The position numbers were made by a program, and so were the translations under genes. 64,000 nucleotides of DNA from Mobula hypostoma (Eukaryota), in contig NC_086107.1 in assembly GCF_963921235.1 (NCBI RefSeq), forward strand, positions 102,798,001 through 102,862,000, in the 5' to 3' direction. How positions within the stretch are numbered: position 1 is the stretch's first letter; every line of letters begins with the position of its first letter. Below, in pieces: positions 11,622-24,344 of the stretch. The notes beneath the pieces were generated by a model. It searched no databases. It saw only the letters and a program-made list of their open reading frames with translations, and was not told where the DNA came from.

Positions 11622-14600
11622 GGGAGCTTCAGCTGTCTTGGTCAGGGGTGGGAGGTAATGGTTATATAAAAATTCCCACAGAAAAGGGACTCTCATAACC
11701 TGCTATTTGAAAAGAGCACAACTTCCTCTTCTCAGCTGTTCCCCAGCACAACCCTCATAAAACAAGATGAATGGCTTTTAAATATATTCATGGAGTATAT
11801 ATACATATATAACTTTATAGTAAATACAATACTGTAACTCTTCCTGTCATATGGGTTTGCCATGTTACAAACCAGAGGCCTGTCTGCTTAAGGGAAGATA
11901 ATGGAGTTTGGTTTGATTTTTGTTACTGGATGGGCCTTTCTTTGTCCAGGACTACACTTCATGGTATTGGTTGGCTTAAAGTTGGTTTGTTCCTGCTATT
12001 GGCACCTTTTAACTTACCAGATCTTTTAAAAAAGCAAAGGGACATTTCGTTCCCAAAGGAAAATAAGAACATAATGGATAGGTGTGGGAATAATTCCCAG
12101 TTCACCTCACTTGCCTCACCATTAGCTCTTTGCCTTCCCCGAGTGCTCTGCCTGTCCAGCCCTGAGAGTGATGTGTGACGGTACATTGTCTTTTCACTTG
12201 AAATCTGTATTATCTCTCCTTGTCTGCATATTCTCTTAGGCTGCCTACAATATACAGCCTACCCTTTCCTCTTGAAGTAAGCACAGCTGTGCTGCTACTT
12301 TGCTCTGTGGCACGGTCTGTAGATGGACACCAACAACGCTCTCCTCGCCCAACTTATTGTGCAGGGTGAATTCACATCTGCTAGATGTCTGTGGTAGAAA
12401 GCCCGTAGGAAATGATTGTCCCAACCTAAAGACGGACAGATTATGACCTCCCCTGAGCTAGCAATAGGTTTTAATGAAGATTTTTCATTCTTTCTCCTCT
12501 TAAGTTGTGACTTCTGGAGCATTAGCAGGATGGCGGAGGGCCTTGAGGTGAGATTCATTTCATTGATGCCTGCAGTCAACAGTGGCCCTGGGCCCTGTCC
12601 TCTTTATTGTTGCTATATTTGCACGGAGCAAGAGCCACAATGGAGCAGGGGGATTAAACGTTCTTACTGAGTCATGATAGCCACTGCACGCTCTGGGCGA
12701 CTTCCAGTGCGGGAGCACTGAACCAGGCTCGCATGAGACGAAAGCATGCTCACTCAAAAGCCTGCCCTAAAAGAGGGGCCTTCCGCCTGTCGGAAGCCCA
12801 TTTGATTCACCGCACTTGCTGCGTTCTCACAAACAATCCGATACGGTTCATCTGTAAACGTTGGTGGGGCTTGCAATAGTTCAAGTATGTTTATATTTTA
12901 GCACATCTTGGATTGGACACAAAGAACCACAGACAGACACAAAAGGTCTAAGCAAGTAGAACATGACTTTTAAATGTGTCTGTTATCTTAGCATCTGCCA
13001 GCTGGTAGCGTAGGGGCATCGATATTGGACTTCGAGGCGAATGGTCCCGAGTTCGAATCTGGCAGGCCCCTTGCACACTTTCCATCCATGCTGGGGTTGA
13101 GTGTCAAGCCAGCAACTCAGACTCGTAAAAAACAGACAAATGCTGTTGAAACGGCATAAAAGGAACAAAATGTCACTTTGCATTTAATCATTTAACAAGA
13201 TCTTCTACACTTCTGACTTCACATCCCTTATGTACATAGCTCCCAGGTGATGTTCAGTCTGACACTGCACTTAACCCCTACCCCTTGGGGTTTCCGGCAC
13301 ACATGCTAACTCTTTATTTAGAAGTCTTTTCCCTTATTGCGTTTATTTGCTCCCCTTATTAACTGAAGTTCTGGGAAGTTGAACACAGCATGCACATGTT
13401 CAATTAGATCTTCTTCAGGTGGTTGGTGATTATAAATGCAAAGCAAAAGCATTTTGTTTTTTTTTTCCGATGAGAACAATTCCATGCAGAGGTAATTGCT
13501 GACGGACTGGCCTGGCGTTGTGCAACATATTATGAAATCATAATTGCTAAACAGGTCTGTTTTAATTTTGCTTGCTGGGTTTAAACTTTATTTCCATCCC
13601 CCCAGCACCAGCGTTTATTTTCCTTCTCATGTCTGTTTGTAAAGGGAGCACATTCCAATGACTGTACAATCCATGAGTTGTCTGGGTCAGGGCGATGGAA
13701 AAAGCAAGGCACAAACGTAGCAGCTTCACAATGGCACATTCTGCCTGTTATTATTGTCTATTGCTACATAAGAAGTAATTTCCAGAGAAGCTTATGGTGA
13801 ACGTCGTTTCCAGAATGTCGGAATGGTATGCAGTTTTTCTTCTTTTTCTCTTTTGAGCAGAATTAGGCCATTTGGCCTAACGAGTCAGCTCTGCCCTTTC
13901 ATCATGGCTGATCCATTTTCCCTCTCAATCCCAACCTTTGTCTTCTCCCTTCATGCCCTGACTGATCAAGAATCTATCAACCTCTGCCTTAAATATACCC
14001 AATGACGTGGCCTCCACAGCTGCCTGTGGCAGTGAATTCCACAGATTCACTACCGTGTGGCTAAAGAAATTTCTCCTCGTCTCTGGTCCCTTGCCTCCAG
14101 TCACGACATCCTGGCCCAGTGCTTAAATCATCGTCCCAACATCAGGTTAAACCGTTGGGGCCTGGACCTTTCCGATCCAGCCCAGCGCTTAAATCAATTG
14201 AATTGTCAAACAGGAACAAAGTGAAAGAAAAAGGAAATTCTGACAGTGGTTCTTAAAATAAATGAGGATTTGAATTTGATAGAGGGGCAGTTGATGTCTC
14301 CATGTCGGAAAATTTCAAAATAAGTAGAACTGACCTGTAGTTTGTCCAGGACTGATGAGACATGGCACTTGCAACCACTTGGGCTGAATTATGAATGTAG
14401 CTGGGGGTATACATGAGGGAGGAAGGAATGGGAGATGAAATAAAAAGGATGCATAATACCCTGGATTATCCCTCTATATACTGGGAGAATCTGTAGTGAC
14501 ATGCACAGCTCTTGCGCTAAATTACTAAATTTTCATCTGCAATATGAGAAAAGAAATTGAACGCGGAAAACTCATAATGCACCAGAGAGCATCAGCTTTC

Positions 14601-15392
14601 AAACCACTGACCGAGATCATTCACTGTACTCCAGAAGCACTCACCACTGGGTTTCCACATATACCAGGAGCAGGGCTTCTGTAAAGTGGCTGAGTGAGCA
14701 CAAGGAATGTTAGCATTGAGTAGGTGACCCCCTCCTAGATTAAGCGTCTTACTGTCACTGTGTTCGTAACGTTGAGACTGCGATCGGTGTAATTGACAAT
14801 GGGGACTGCTATGGCTGTAGGCCCCAACAATAGCTGTAAGCACAGGTAATTAAAAAGCTGTGTGGCCATATATAACATCTTAAAACTGGTGGCTGCATAA
14901 TTCTGCACTCCCCGCTACAGGGTTCTGTTTTTCCGCGGTAACTTTTAACAGCTTGCTTGTATGAAACAATGTGCATTTACTAAAATATATCGATCTTGTA
15001 TATGAAGCCTCAGTGTTCTGGCACTGTCTCTGCTGTGCAATTAGATTTCGCGTGAATCGGTTATATCAACAGAGCTTTTTTATCAGGGATGTTGTTACGT
15101 AGAATCACTGTCATTTTCTGCCTTTTCAGTTGTCTGTTGTTTACTCCGTGATTGAGGAAAGTTGGTTTTTAACCTTCCGAGATCAGAAGTGAGCAGTGGA
15201 ATGGGTTTAAAGTATCTACATTATGCAGGAACTTCCCATCTAGTTTCCCTGGATCTCAGTCCCCAAAGTGGCCAGATACAAGTGAGTTTAACTGGTTTCA
15301 GTGAAGGCAGGGTTGTCTGAGCTAGACTCATGGTCCCGACCTATTCAGCGGATCCACAACTGGCCCCCGCAGCCCGGGGTTAAAGTCAGAAG

Positions 15393-15621
15393 TGTAGACA
15401 CGAGGAATTCTGCAGATGCTTGAAATCTTGAGCAGCGCACACAAAATGCTGGAGGAGCTCAGCAGGTCAGGCAGCATCTACGGAGGGGAATAAACAGTCG
15501 AGTTTCAGGGTTGAGACACAAAGTCCCGATGAAGGGTCTCAGCCCGAAACATCGACAGTTTATTCCCCTCCATAGGTGCTGCCTGACCTGCTGAGCTCCT
15601 CCAGCATTTTGTGTGTGTTCA
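15393..15621. mobile_element. Miniature hairpin Penelope-pLTR-related element in the putative TEF 3'UTR
   Basis: Inverted arms cacacaaaatgctggaggagctcagcagg.. / ..cctgctgagctcctccagcattttgtgtg. 13-bp TSD TTAAA(G/A)TCAGAAG at 15380-15392 and 15622-15634. Confidence 0.8.
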
Positions 15622-16442
15622 TTAAAATCAGAAGCACATTGACAGCTCAGAAGAAGTTGCTCAGCCCATTATGTCAATGCCTCCAAATCCAGTTCTCCAC
15701 GTCTAGGTTATAGTATCCTTATCCAGTCTCTCTTTAGATGTCTCAAGGATTTCTGTTTCAACAAGACACCCACTATCTGGGTGAAAATTTATTTTCTTCA
15801 ACTCTTCTCCAATCCTAAACCGTGGATGACCATTACCAGGGGAGTAAGGATAGTTCCATTCCAGTCCTGATGACATTTCTCGGCCCAATGTGTTGACTGC
15901 TTCTTCCACTCCATAAAAGCTGTCTGACCTGAGTTCTTCCAGCCTCCACTTATGCCTACTCCCCCCCCCCCATTTTGATGCTAACAGACAGAGAAGGAAT
16001 CTATAGGGCCTCAGTGAGGGGCTTTCTGAGGGATAGGGTGACATGTAGGGGTCTGAGAATCCCAGAATACGAAGTTTCAGATAAGAGATTGTCCTGGTGT
16101 CCAGTGACACAGCATTCTGCTTCGGGAAATGCGATCAGGAAACCATGAGGGAACGGCTTCTTTTTTGGGGTTAAATTGCCCATTAGTTGGTAATGAGAGA
16201 TCTTTGTCGTTCTTGAGTGACCCAAGATGGTTTTAATGAAGTAGGGGCCCATTAGGGAGAGGAATAGCAATACTTTGCAAAACCATCAGATTTCTGAAGC
16301 CACCTCTGACGCACAATGTGCATATTTTAAGCCCTGTGATTTCTAATACAGTATCTGTATACAATATACTGTACATTCCAGCTGTGGCTAACGTGCAAAA
16401 GTTTATAAAAGTCTATTTTTGATTGTTTGTTCCTTAGAGAAC

Positions 16443-16448
16443 AATAAA
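16443..16448 (+). terminator. Candidate distal poly(A) signal of TEF (implies about 4.8 kb 3'UTR)
   Basis: AATAAA at the end of a mostly repeat-poor AT-rich block, followed by a GT/T-rich tract (gtagttttgtgctctttttgtgtg). Other AATAAA hexamers occur at 14257 and 14439. Confidence 0.5.
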
Positions 16449-16823
16449 TGCTTTAAAAACCTCAATCGGTAGTTTTGTGCTCTTTTTGTGTGAAAAAGTG
16501 TAAAATAACACAGGTTAGTGCTGTGGTATAAAGACTGGAAGCACTTGGCAGGTCAGGCAGCATGGCGGAGAGAGGAGCAGTTAGTGTTTCATCAGAAGCA
16601 TCCTGGATCTGAAACCTGAACTGTATCTCTTCCCACAGATGCTGCCTGACCTGATGGGTGCTTTTCTGTTTTACTTCAGATTTCTGGTGACCATAAAACC
16701 ACAAGACATAGGAGCAAAATTAGGCCATTGAGTCTGCTCCGCCATTTTATCGTGACTGATTTATTATCCCTCTCAACCCCTTTCGTCTGCCTTCCCCCCA
16801 TAACCTTTGATGTGCTTACTAAT

Positions 16824-18349
16824 TTGTTGGGTTTGTGGAACAATCTATGTTCCGTGCCTATTCTGGTATCTGTCCCCCACTTTTCCTTCGCTACATCGAC
16901 GACTGCATTGGCGCTGCTTCCTGCACGCATGCAGAACTCGTTGACTTTATTAACTTTGCCTCCAACTTTCACCCTGCCCTCAAGTTTACCTGGTCCATTT
17001 CCGACACCTCCCTCCCCTTTCTAGATCTTTCTGTCTCTGTCTCTGGAGACAGCTTATCCACTGATGTCTACTATAAGCCTACTGACTCTCACAGCTATCT
17101 GGACTATTCCTCTTTTCACCCTGTCTCTTGCAAAAACGCCATCCCCTTCTCGCAATTCCTCCGTCTCCGCCGCATCTGCTGTCAGGATGAGGCTTTTCAT
17201 TCTAGGACGAGGGAGATGTCTTCATTTTTTAAAGAAAGGGGCTTCCCTTCCTCCACTATCAACTCTGCTCTTAAACGCATCTCCCCCATTTCACGTACAT
17301 CTGCTCTCACTCCATCCTCCCACCACCCCACTAGGAATAGGGTTCCCCTGGTCCTCACCTACCACCCCACCAGCCTCCGGGTCCAACTTATTATTCTCCG
17401 TAACTTCCGCCACCTCCAACGGGATCCCACCACTAAGCATATCTTTCCCTCCCCCCCCTCTGCATTCCGCAGGGATCGCTCCCTACACAACTCCCTTGTC
17501 CATTCGTCCCCCCCATCCCTCCCCACTGATCTCCCTCCTGACACTTATCCGTGTAAGCGGAACAAGTGCTACACATGCCCTTACACTTCCTCCCTTACCA
17601 CCATTCAGGGCCCCAAACAGCCCTTCCAGGTGAGGCATCACTTCACCTGTGAGTCAACTGGGGTGATATACTGCGTCCGGTGCTCCCGATGTGGCCTTTT
17701 ATATATTGGTGAGACCCGACGCAGACTGGGAGACCGCTTTGCTGAACATCTACGCTCTGTCCGCCAGAGAAAGCAGGATCTCCCAGTGGCCACACATTTT
17801 AATTCCACATCCCATTCCCATTCTGACATGTCTATCCACGGCCTCCTCTACTGTAAAGATGAAGCCACACTCAGGTTGGAGGAACAACACCTTATATTCC
17901 GTCTGGGTAGCCTCCAACCTGATGGCATGAACATTGACTTCTCTAACTTCCGCTAAGGCCCCACCTCCCCCTCGTACCCCATCTGTTACTCATTTTTATG
18001 CACACATTCTTTCTCTCACTCTCCTTTTTCTCCCTCTGTCCCTCTGAATATACCTCTTGCCCATCCTCTGGGTCACCCCCCCCCCTTGTCTTTCTTCCCG
18101 GACCTCCTGTCCCATGATCCTCTCGTATCCCCTTTTGCCTATCACCTGTCCAGCTCTCGGCTCTATCCCTCCCCCTCCTGTCTTCTCCTATCATTTTGCA
18201 TCTCCCCCTCCCCCTCCAGCTTTCAAATCCCTTACTCACTCTTCCTTCAGTTAGTCCTGACGAAGGGTCTCGGCCTGAAACGTCGACTGCGCCTCTTCCT
18301 ATAGATGCTGCTTGGCCTGCTGCGTTCACCAGCAACTTTGATGTATGTT
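16824..18349 (+). mobile_element. Penelope-like retroelement, 5'-truncated (RT C-terminal part, GIY-YIG endonuclease, 3' pseudo-LTR)
   Basis: ORF 16835-17956 (373 aa) has FLRYIDD, YYKPTDSHSYL and VIYCVRCSRCGLLYIGETRRRLGDRFAEH. Followed by a pyrimidine-rich tail and a hammerhead motif. Interrupts a CR1 3' end. Confidence 0.93.
18253..18288 (+). ncRNA. Minimal type I hammerhead ribozyme motif in the Penelope pLTR
   Basis: agtc-CTGACGA-agggtctcggcct-GAAAC-GTC-gact: conserved core boxes, stem I AGTC/GACT, short stem II, palindromic ACGT stem III. Confidence 0.75.
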
Positions 18350-18869
18350 AAGAGACAATTAACCCCCACTTTAAATATACCCAATGACCTGGCCTTCACA
18401 GCCGTTTGTGGCAATGAATTCCACAAATTCACCACCCATTGGTTAAAGAAATTCCTCCTCATCTCTGTTCTATAGAGACGTCCTTCTATTCTGAGGCTGT
18501 GCCCTCTAGTCCTCTGGTCAGCACAGAGCTGGTAGGCTGAAGGGCCTTTTTCTGTGCTATATCTATATGAGTCTGTCTATATAGCTCCCTTTCAGATCAT
18601 CAGGTTTAAAAATACAGTCATTGTAAAAATGTGGGAACTACACTGAACATAAAGTTCAAAGTAAATTTATTATCAAAGTACATGTAAGTCACCATATACT
18701 TCTATGAGATTTATTCTCTTGCCGGTATTCACAGAAATGCAATAGGATCAGTGAGAAACAACACACAAACAGTCTCCTACTTGAAAGATGAACCTCCAGT
18801 CTACCTTGTCATAGCCCGTGCACTGTATTTGTCTGCACTACAATCAGTGGAAACATTATTACATACATG

Positions 18870-19340
18870 AACAGAACCTGGTGTCATCTGCTGCTGCTGG
18901 GTCGACGTGTTTGTAGTTCAGAGATGCTCTTTTGCACACCACAATTGTAACTCGTGGTTGTTTGAGTTACTGTCACCTAGCTGTCAGCTTGAACTATCTG
19001 ACCTTTCTCCTCCGACCACTCTCACTAGCAAGGCGTTTTCGCCCACAGAACTGCCGCTCACTGGAAGTACTTCTGTTTCACGCACCATCCTCCGTAAACT
19101 CTAGAGATTGATGTGTGTGAAAATCGCAGCAGTTTCTTGAGATCCTCAAACCACCCCGTCTGGCACCAACAATCATTCCACAGTCAAAGTCACTTAGATT
19201 ATGCTTCTTCCCCATTCTGTTGAACAACAACTGAATCTCTTGACCATGTCCACATGCTTTTATGCATTGAGTTGCTGCCTCATGACTGGCTGAATTTGCA
19301 TTAATGAGCTGGTGTGCAGGTTTACCTAATGAAGTGGCCA
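18870..19340 (-). mobile_element. Tc1-like non-autonomous element fragment
   Basis: - strand MGKKHNLSDFDCGMIVGARRGGLRIS resembles the start of a Tc1 paired-like DNA-binding domain; homologous to 56933-57510. Confidence 0.7.
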
Positions 19341-19904
19341 AATTCTCTTTCTCTTTTTACTACTGTGACGGTCAAATAGGGATCAATTTGCGTTGATGGC
19401 ATACAACTAGAAGGATCTCGGTCCATGTAACAATAATAAACCAATTCCACTCCTAGCTGATGCAGTGCCTCCTGCTCTGACCCCGATGATGCCCAAGTGC
19501 CCCAGGCGATCTTGGATGCCCTACCTCAAGAAACACTGCCCCAGCAGATTGTATTGCAGTCCTCCTCACCACCCTTCCCCAAGGCTAATGTAATATCCTA
19601 CTTCTCCCCCAAGTGTTGAATGTCCTGCTCCCTGGTACTCCCTGGTAACGGAAAAACCTTCTGCCCTCAACAGTGGACCCAACTGTGGGCAGTTAGTTGT
19701 GCACCAGAACACTGAAATAGCCCCTCCCAGCTCCTGGATCCCCACTGACTCCAGTTCTGCCCTCCGTTTGGCCCCACCTGTCTATTTTTAAAAGGAGGGG
19801 AATTCAGATGTGCTGAAGATTATTTTTAAATAATTGCATTGTTCCTTGAGCAGAATTTTTTTGTTTAATGATTCCCTGTTCTGCAGTCCTAGATAAGAAA
19901 TGAA

Positions 19905-20890
19905 TTTGAATTGAACTGACTTTTATCTCTTACATCCTTCACATACATGATGAGTAAAAATCTTTATGTTACATCTCCATGTAAATGTGCCTTGTGCAAT
20001 CATAGTAATTAATAATAAATAGAACAGTCATTGTAATATAGAGTACATTCAAATCAGCGTGAGTTCATCAGTCTGATGGCCTGGTGGAAGAAGCTGTCCC
20101 AGAGCCTGTTGGTCCTGGCTTTTATGCTGTGGTACTGCTTCCCGGATGGTAACAGCTGGAATAGATGGTGGTTGGGATGACTAGGATCTCCAATGATCCT
20201 ACGGGCCTTTTTACACACCCGTCCTTGTAAATGTCCTGAATCATGGGAAGTTCACAACTGCAGATGCGCTGGGCTGTCTGCACCACTCTCTGCAGAGTCC
20301 TGCGAGTGAGGGAAGTACAGTTCCCATACCAGGCAGTGATGCAGCAAGTCAGGATGTTCTTTGGATTTGGGGGCCCATTCCAAACTTCCTCAACAGACTT
20401 AGGTGAAAGAGGCGCTGTTGTGCCTCTTTCACTACACAGCTGGTGTGTACAGACCACGTGAGGTCCTCGGTGATGTGTATGCTGAGGAACTTGAAGCTGT
20501 TTACCCTCTCAACCCCAGATCCATTGATGTCAATAGGGGTTAGCCCGTCTCCATTCCTCCTGTAATCCACAATCAGCTCCTTTGTTTTTGCGACATTGAG
20601 GGGGAGGTTGTTTTCTTGACACCACTGTGTCAGAGAGCTGACTTCTTCCCTGTAGGCCACCACATTATTGTTTGAAATAAGGCCAATCAATGTAGTGTCG
20701 GCAAATTAGCAGATTGGAGCTGTGGATGGGGATACAGTCATAGGTATATAGGGAGTAAAGGAGGGGACTCAGTACGCAGCCTTAAGGAACTCCTGTATTG
20801 AGAGTCAGAGGGTTGGAGGTGAGGGAGTACACTCTTACAGCCTTCTGGCGATCTGACAGGAAGTCCAGGATCCAGCTGCACAAGGCTGAT
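19905..20890 (-). mobile_element. Rex1/Babar-type LINE fragment (decayed RT)
   Basis: LCSWILDFLSDR..LTLNTGVP, YREEV..WCQENNLPLNVAKTKELIVDYRR and ILTCCITAWYGNC. Confidence 0.85.
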
Positions 20891-22859
20891 GGAAGCCTGA
20901 ATTGGAATTGGCTTATTGAGATATCCTCCAAGAGGACCACAACCTTGTCAATGTTTGGAGGCTCACGTGCCTTAATAACCCGGAGAGCTATGCTGGTTGT
21001 GGTTGGGGATTTGCGCATTGGCTGTTGGTAGGGTCACCCATGCCAAACAGGTCAAAAGGTAGAGTGGTCCACTGGTCCTTCAGGTCCATGGGTTCATCTC
21101 AGGGCTAACAACCCTGACTCGTCAAACAATACTATTACGGAAACGGCAGCGAAGAATCCTATACCTGAGTGGGACAGTATTCCTGAGTCTCCACCCAGGA
21201 CAGTAGTGAAAACTGAGAGGAAGCTACTGACGTGATGAAGGAAGCCCTGAACACCATCGGGACTAAGACCAACGCTGGACGGCCGACGACAGACAGAGAT
21301 GGAGGACCTTCACTGCTGCCCTACATGCAAGCAGGCGTAGCAGGCAGTAAGTTCTGAGATATAGTGAAATGTTTTTGTAGGGTGTCATCCGGTCAGTTCA
21401 TTCTGTACCTAGTCCATCAAGGTTTAGAAGGGTAAAGGGAATGCAAGTTGTACTGTTATGGTTACAGAGAAAATGCAGTACAGGTAGATAAAAAGTTAGT
21501 TCCAAGTTTAAAATGAGTGCTATAGGCACTGTGCATAAAGGCCATGAAAGTGAGTTTTCCGCAGCAGAAGCAGTGCAGTACATTGCAGACACAACTAGCA
21601 TAAATTAGCATAAACGTTAACATAAATTAAACTTCCACCACAAAAACAAAAATATACATACCGACAGTGCAAGTTGAAGGGAATACTATCTGAGGTAGAG
21701 TTAGGATAAAGTGGACTTCCAGAGACTTTTTTCCAGGACGGAAATGGATAATAAAGGAGAGGGAGGCATGATTTGAAGGTGAATGGGGGAAGTATAGCGG
21801 GGATATCAGACGTATGTTTTTTACACAGAGAGCGGTGGGTGTGTAGAACACATTGTAACCAGTGGTGGCAGAGCCAGAGGCAATGGGGACATTTAGATAG
21901 GCAGATGGATGAAAGCAAAATGGAGGGTTATGTAGGAGGGAAGGATTAGATTGATCTTGGAGTACATTAAAAGTTTGTCGACACATTGTGGGCTGAACTA
22001 TGTTCTCACCTCTCAATCTATCCCCATCCCTCTCCTTCCTATCTCAATTCTTCCCTCACAGTTTCCCTCTGTTCCTCTGCCACTTTCCTCATTCTCCCCC
22101 TCCCCCTCACTCTCTGCTCCCCTCACTACCATCCTCCCTCCATCCTTCCCACTCCCCATCTCCAACATCCCTCCCCGTCGCCCTCCCTCACACCATCTCT
22201 GCTCCACACTTTCAAGAAGGCCGTCAAGTCGACACATTTTCGCCATAGTCTATTCTGTCCATGGGTGAGGTGCCGGAGGATCGGAAGATTGCTAATGTTG
22301 TTCTGTTGTACAAGAAAGGCTCTAAGAATACACCAAGAAATTATAGGCTGACGTCAGTAGTTAGATTGATATTAGAGTAGGTTTAAAAGTTGGCACAATT
22401 TTTTGATCCAAAGGACCTGTACTGTGCTGTAATGTTCCATGGTCTAAGTTATTGGAAGGTATTCTAAGCAGCAGAATATATAAGTATTTAGATAGACAAA
22501 ACCTGGTTAGGGATGGTAAACATGACTCTGTAGGTCACGTTTAACCAATTTATTGTATCTAACCAAGTTTTTCTGAGAGGTTACCAGGTAGGCTGATAAA
22601 GGAAAGGGAATGGACATTGTCTACGTGGACTTTGGCAACTACTTTGACCAAGTCCCGCATGGGAGGTCGATCCAGGAGGTTCAGCTGCTCGGCATTCAAG
22701 ATGAAGTTGTAAACTGGATTTTCAGCATTGGCTTAGCAGAAGCCAGAGAGTGGCAGTAGATGGCTGCCTCTCCGGTGGGAGGCCTCTGACCAGTGGTGTG
22801 CCACAGGGATCATGCCATAGTTCATCACCTATGTTACTGATCTGGATGATAATGTGGTA

Positions 22860-23396
22860 TTCCCATTCGGATATGTCCATACATGGCCTCCTCTACTGCC
22901 ATGATGAGGCTAAACTCAGGTTGGAGGAGCAACACCTCATATACCGTCTGGGTAGTCTCCAGCCCCTTGGTATGAACATAGAATTCTCCAACTTCCGGTA
23001 ATTCCCTCCCCCTCCCTTCCCTTATCCCTATTTCACTCTGCCCCCTCCCCCAGCTGCCTATCACCTCCTTCACGGTTCCACCTCCTTCTACTACCCATTG
23101 TGTTTTCCCCTATTCCTTCTTCACCTTTCCTGCCTATCCCCTCCCTGCTTCCCCTCCCCCACCCCTTTATCTTTCCCATTACTGGTTTTTCACCTGGAAC
23201 CCACCAGCCTTCTCCTTCCCACCCTCCCCCCACCTTCTTTATAGGGCCTCTGCCCCTTCCCTCTACAGTCCTGACGAAGGGTTCCGGCCCGAAACGTTGA
23301 CTGATCGTTTCCACGGATGCTGCCCGACCTGCTGAGTTCCTCCAGCGTGTTGTGAGTGTTGCTTTGACCCCAGTATCTGCAGAGTATTTTGTGTTT
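22860..23396 (+). mobile_element. Penelope-like 3' fragment (second subfamily) inserted in a CR1 remnant
   Basis: Encodes SHSDMSIHGLLYCHDEAKLRLEEQHLIYRLGSLQPLGMNIEFSNFR*. 14-bp TSD ATGATAATGTGGTA at 22846-22859 and 23397-23410. Confidence 0.9.
23266..23303 (+). ncRNA. Minimal type I hammerhead ribozyme motif (GUU triplet)
   Basis: cagtcCTGACGAagggttccggcccGAAACGTTgactg; stem I CAGTC/GACTG. Confidence 0.72.
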
Positions 23397-23809
23397 ATGA
23401 TAATGTGGTAAACTGGATTAACAAATTTGCAGATGACACCAAGAATGGGGCATAGTGGACAGCAATGATAGCTATCAAAGCTTGGACCAGCTGGAAAAAT
23501 GAGCTGAAAAATAGTAGATGCAATTTAATGCAGACAAGTGCGAGGTGTTGTACACTGGGAGGACAAACCAGGGTAGGACTTGCACAGTGAATAGTAGGAC
23601 ACTGGGAGTGTGGTAGAACAAAGGGATCTGGGAATACAGATTCAAAATTCCTTGAAAGCGGCATCACAGGTAGATGGGGTCATAAAGAGAGCTTTTGAAT
23701 ACATTGGCCTTTATAAATCAAAGTATTAAATACTCTGACCCCTTCCTTTCTGGTCCTGATTAACGGTTTCTGAAGAAGTTGGGATGATATTGCGTAAGAA
23801 GTTGGTGAC

Positions 23810-24344
23810 CAATGTTCCCTCTAATTTGTAATGACCAGTGTGCACAAAAACCTTGTATTGTGCAATTTTTTTGCCCAGTGATGACGACAACATGTGCATA
23901 CTGAATGTTTAAGTGGAAGTAAACCTGAAACTATTCTAAGGATAGTAAACTACCAAATCCAGCGGCTGCACGTTCCTGACCTCATGAGCTTTCAGTGTAG
24001 CAGTTTCTACTATTTCATTAAGCCATTCCGCCTTAAATGAACTAGTAGTTCTTTTGCCCTTCCTCGTGCCCTTTGCTTCTTTGGAATTCGACATGGTAAA
24101 TCAATAATTTCCTCAATAAAAACAGTATAAATAAAGCCAGTTCTAAAATCTGCAGACAAATCATCGCAAACTCCACACCGTCGTCATCAGAAACCGGAAA
24201 AGGAAATGTGATTGTGTTTGTTCGTGAAATATACTTAACATGCCATCGAGGTGGAGGGTGACAGCGATTTGTGCGCATTTTAAATTCCTTTTGTGCGCCA
24301 GTAGGAAAAGATATGTGCATGCGCACACCTTAGAGAGAACATTG
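23810..24344. mobile_element. Non-autonomous hAT element (MITE)
   Basis: 15-bp TIR CAATGTTCCCTCTAA / TTAGAGAGAACATTG (one mismatch). 8-bp TSD TTGGTGAC / TTGGTGAG. Confidence 0.88.
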
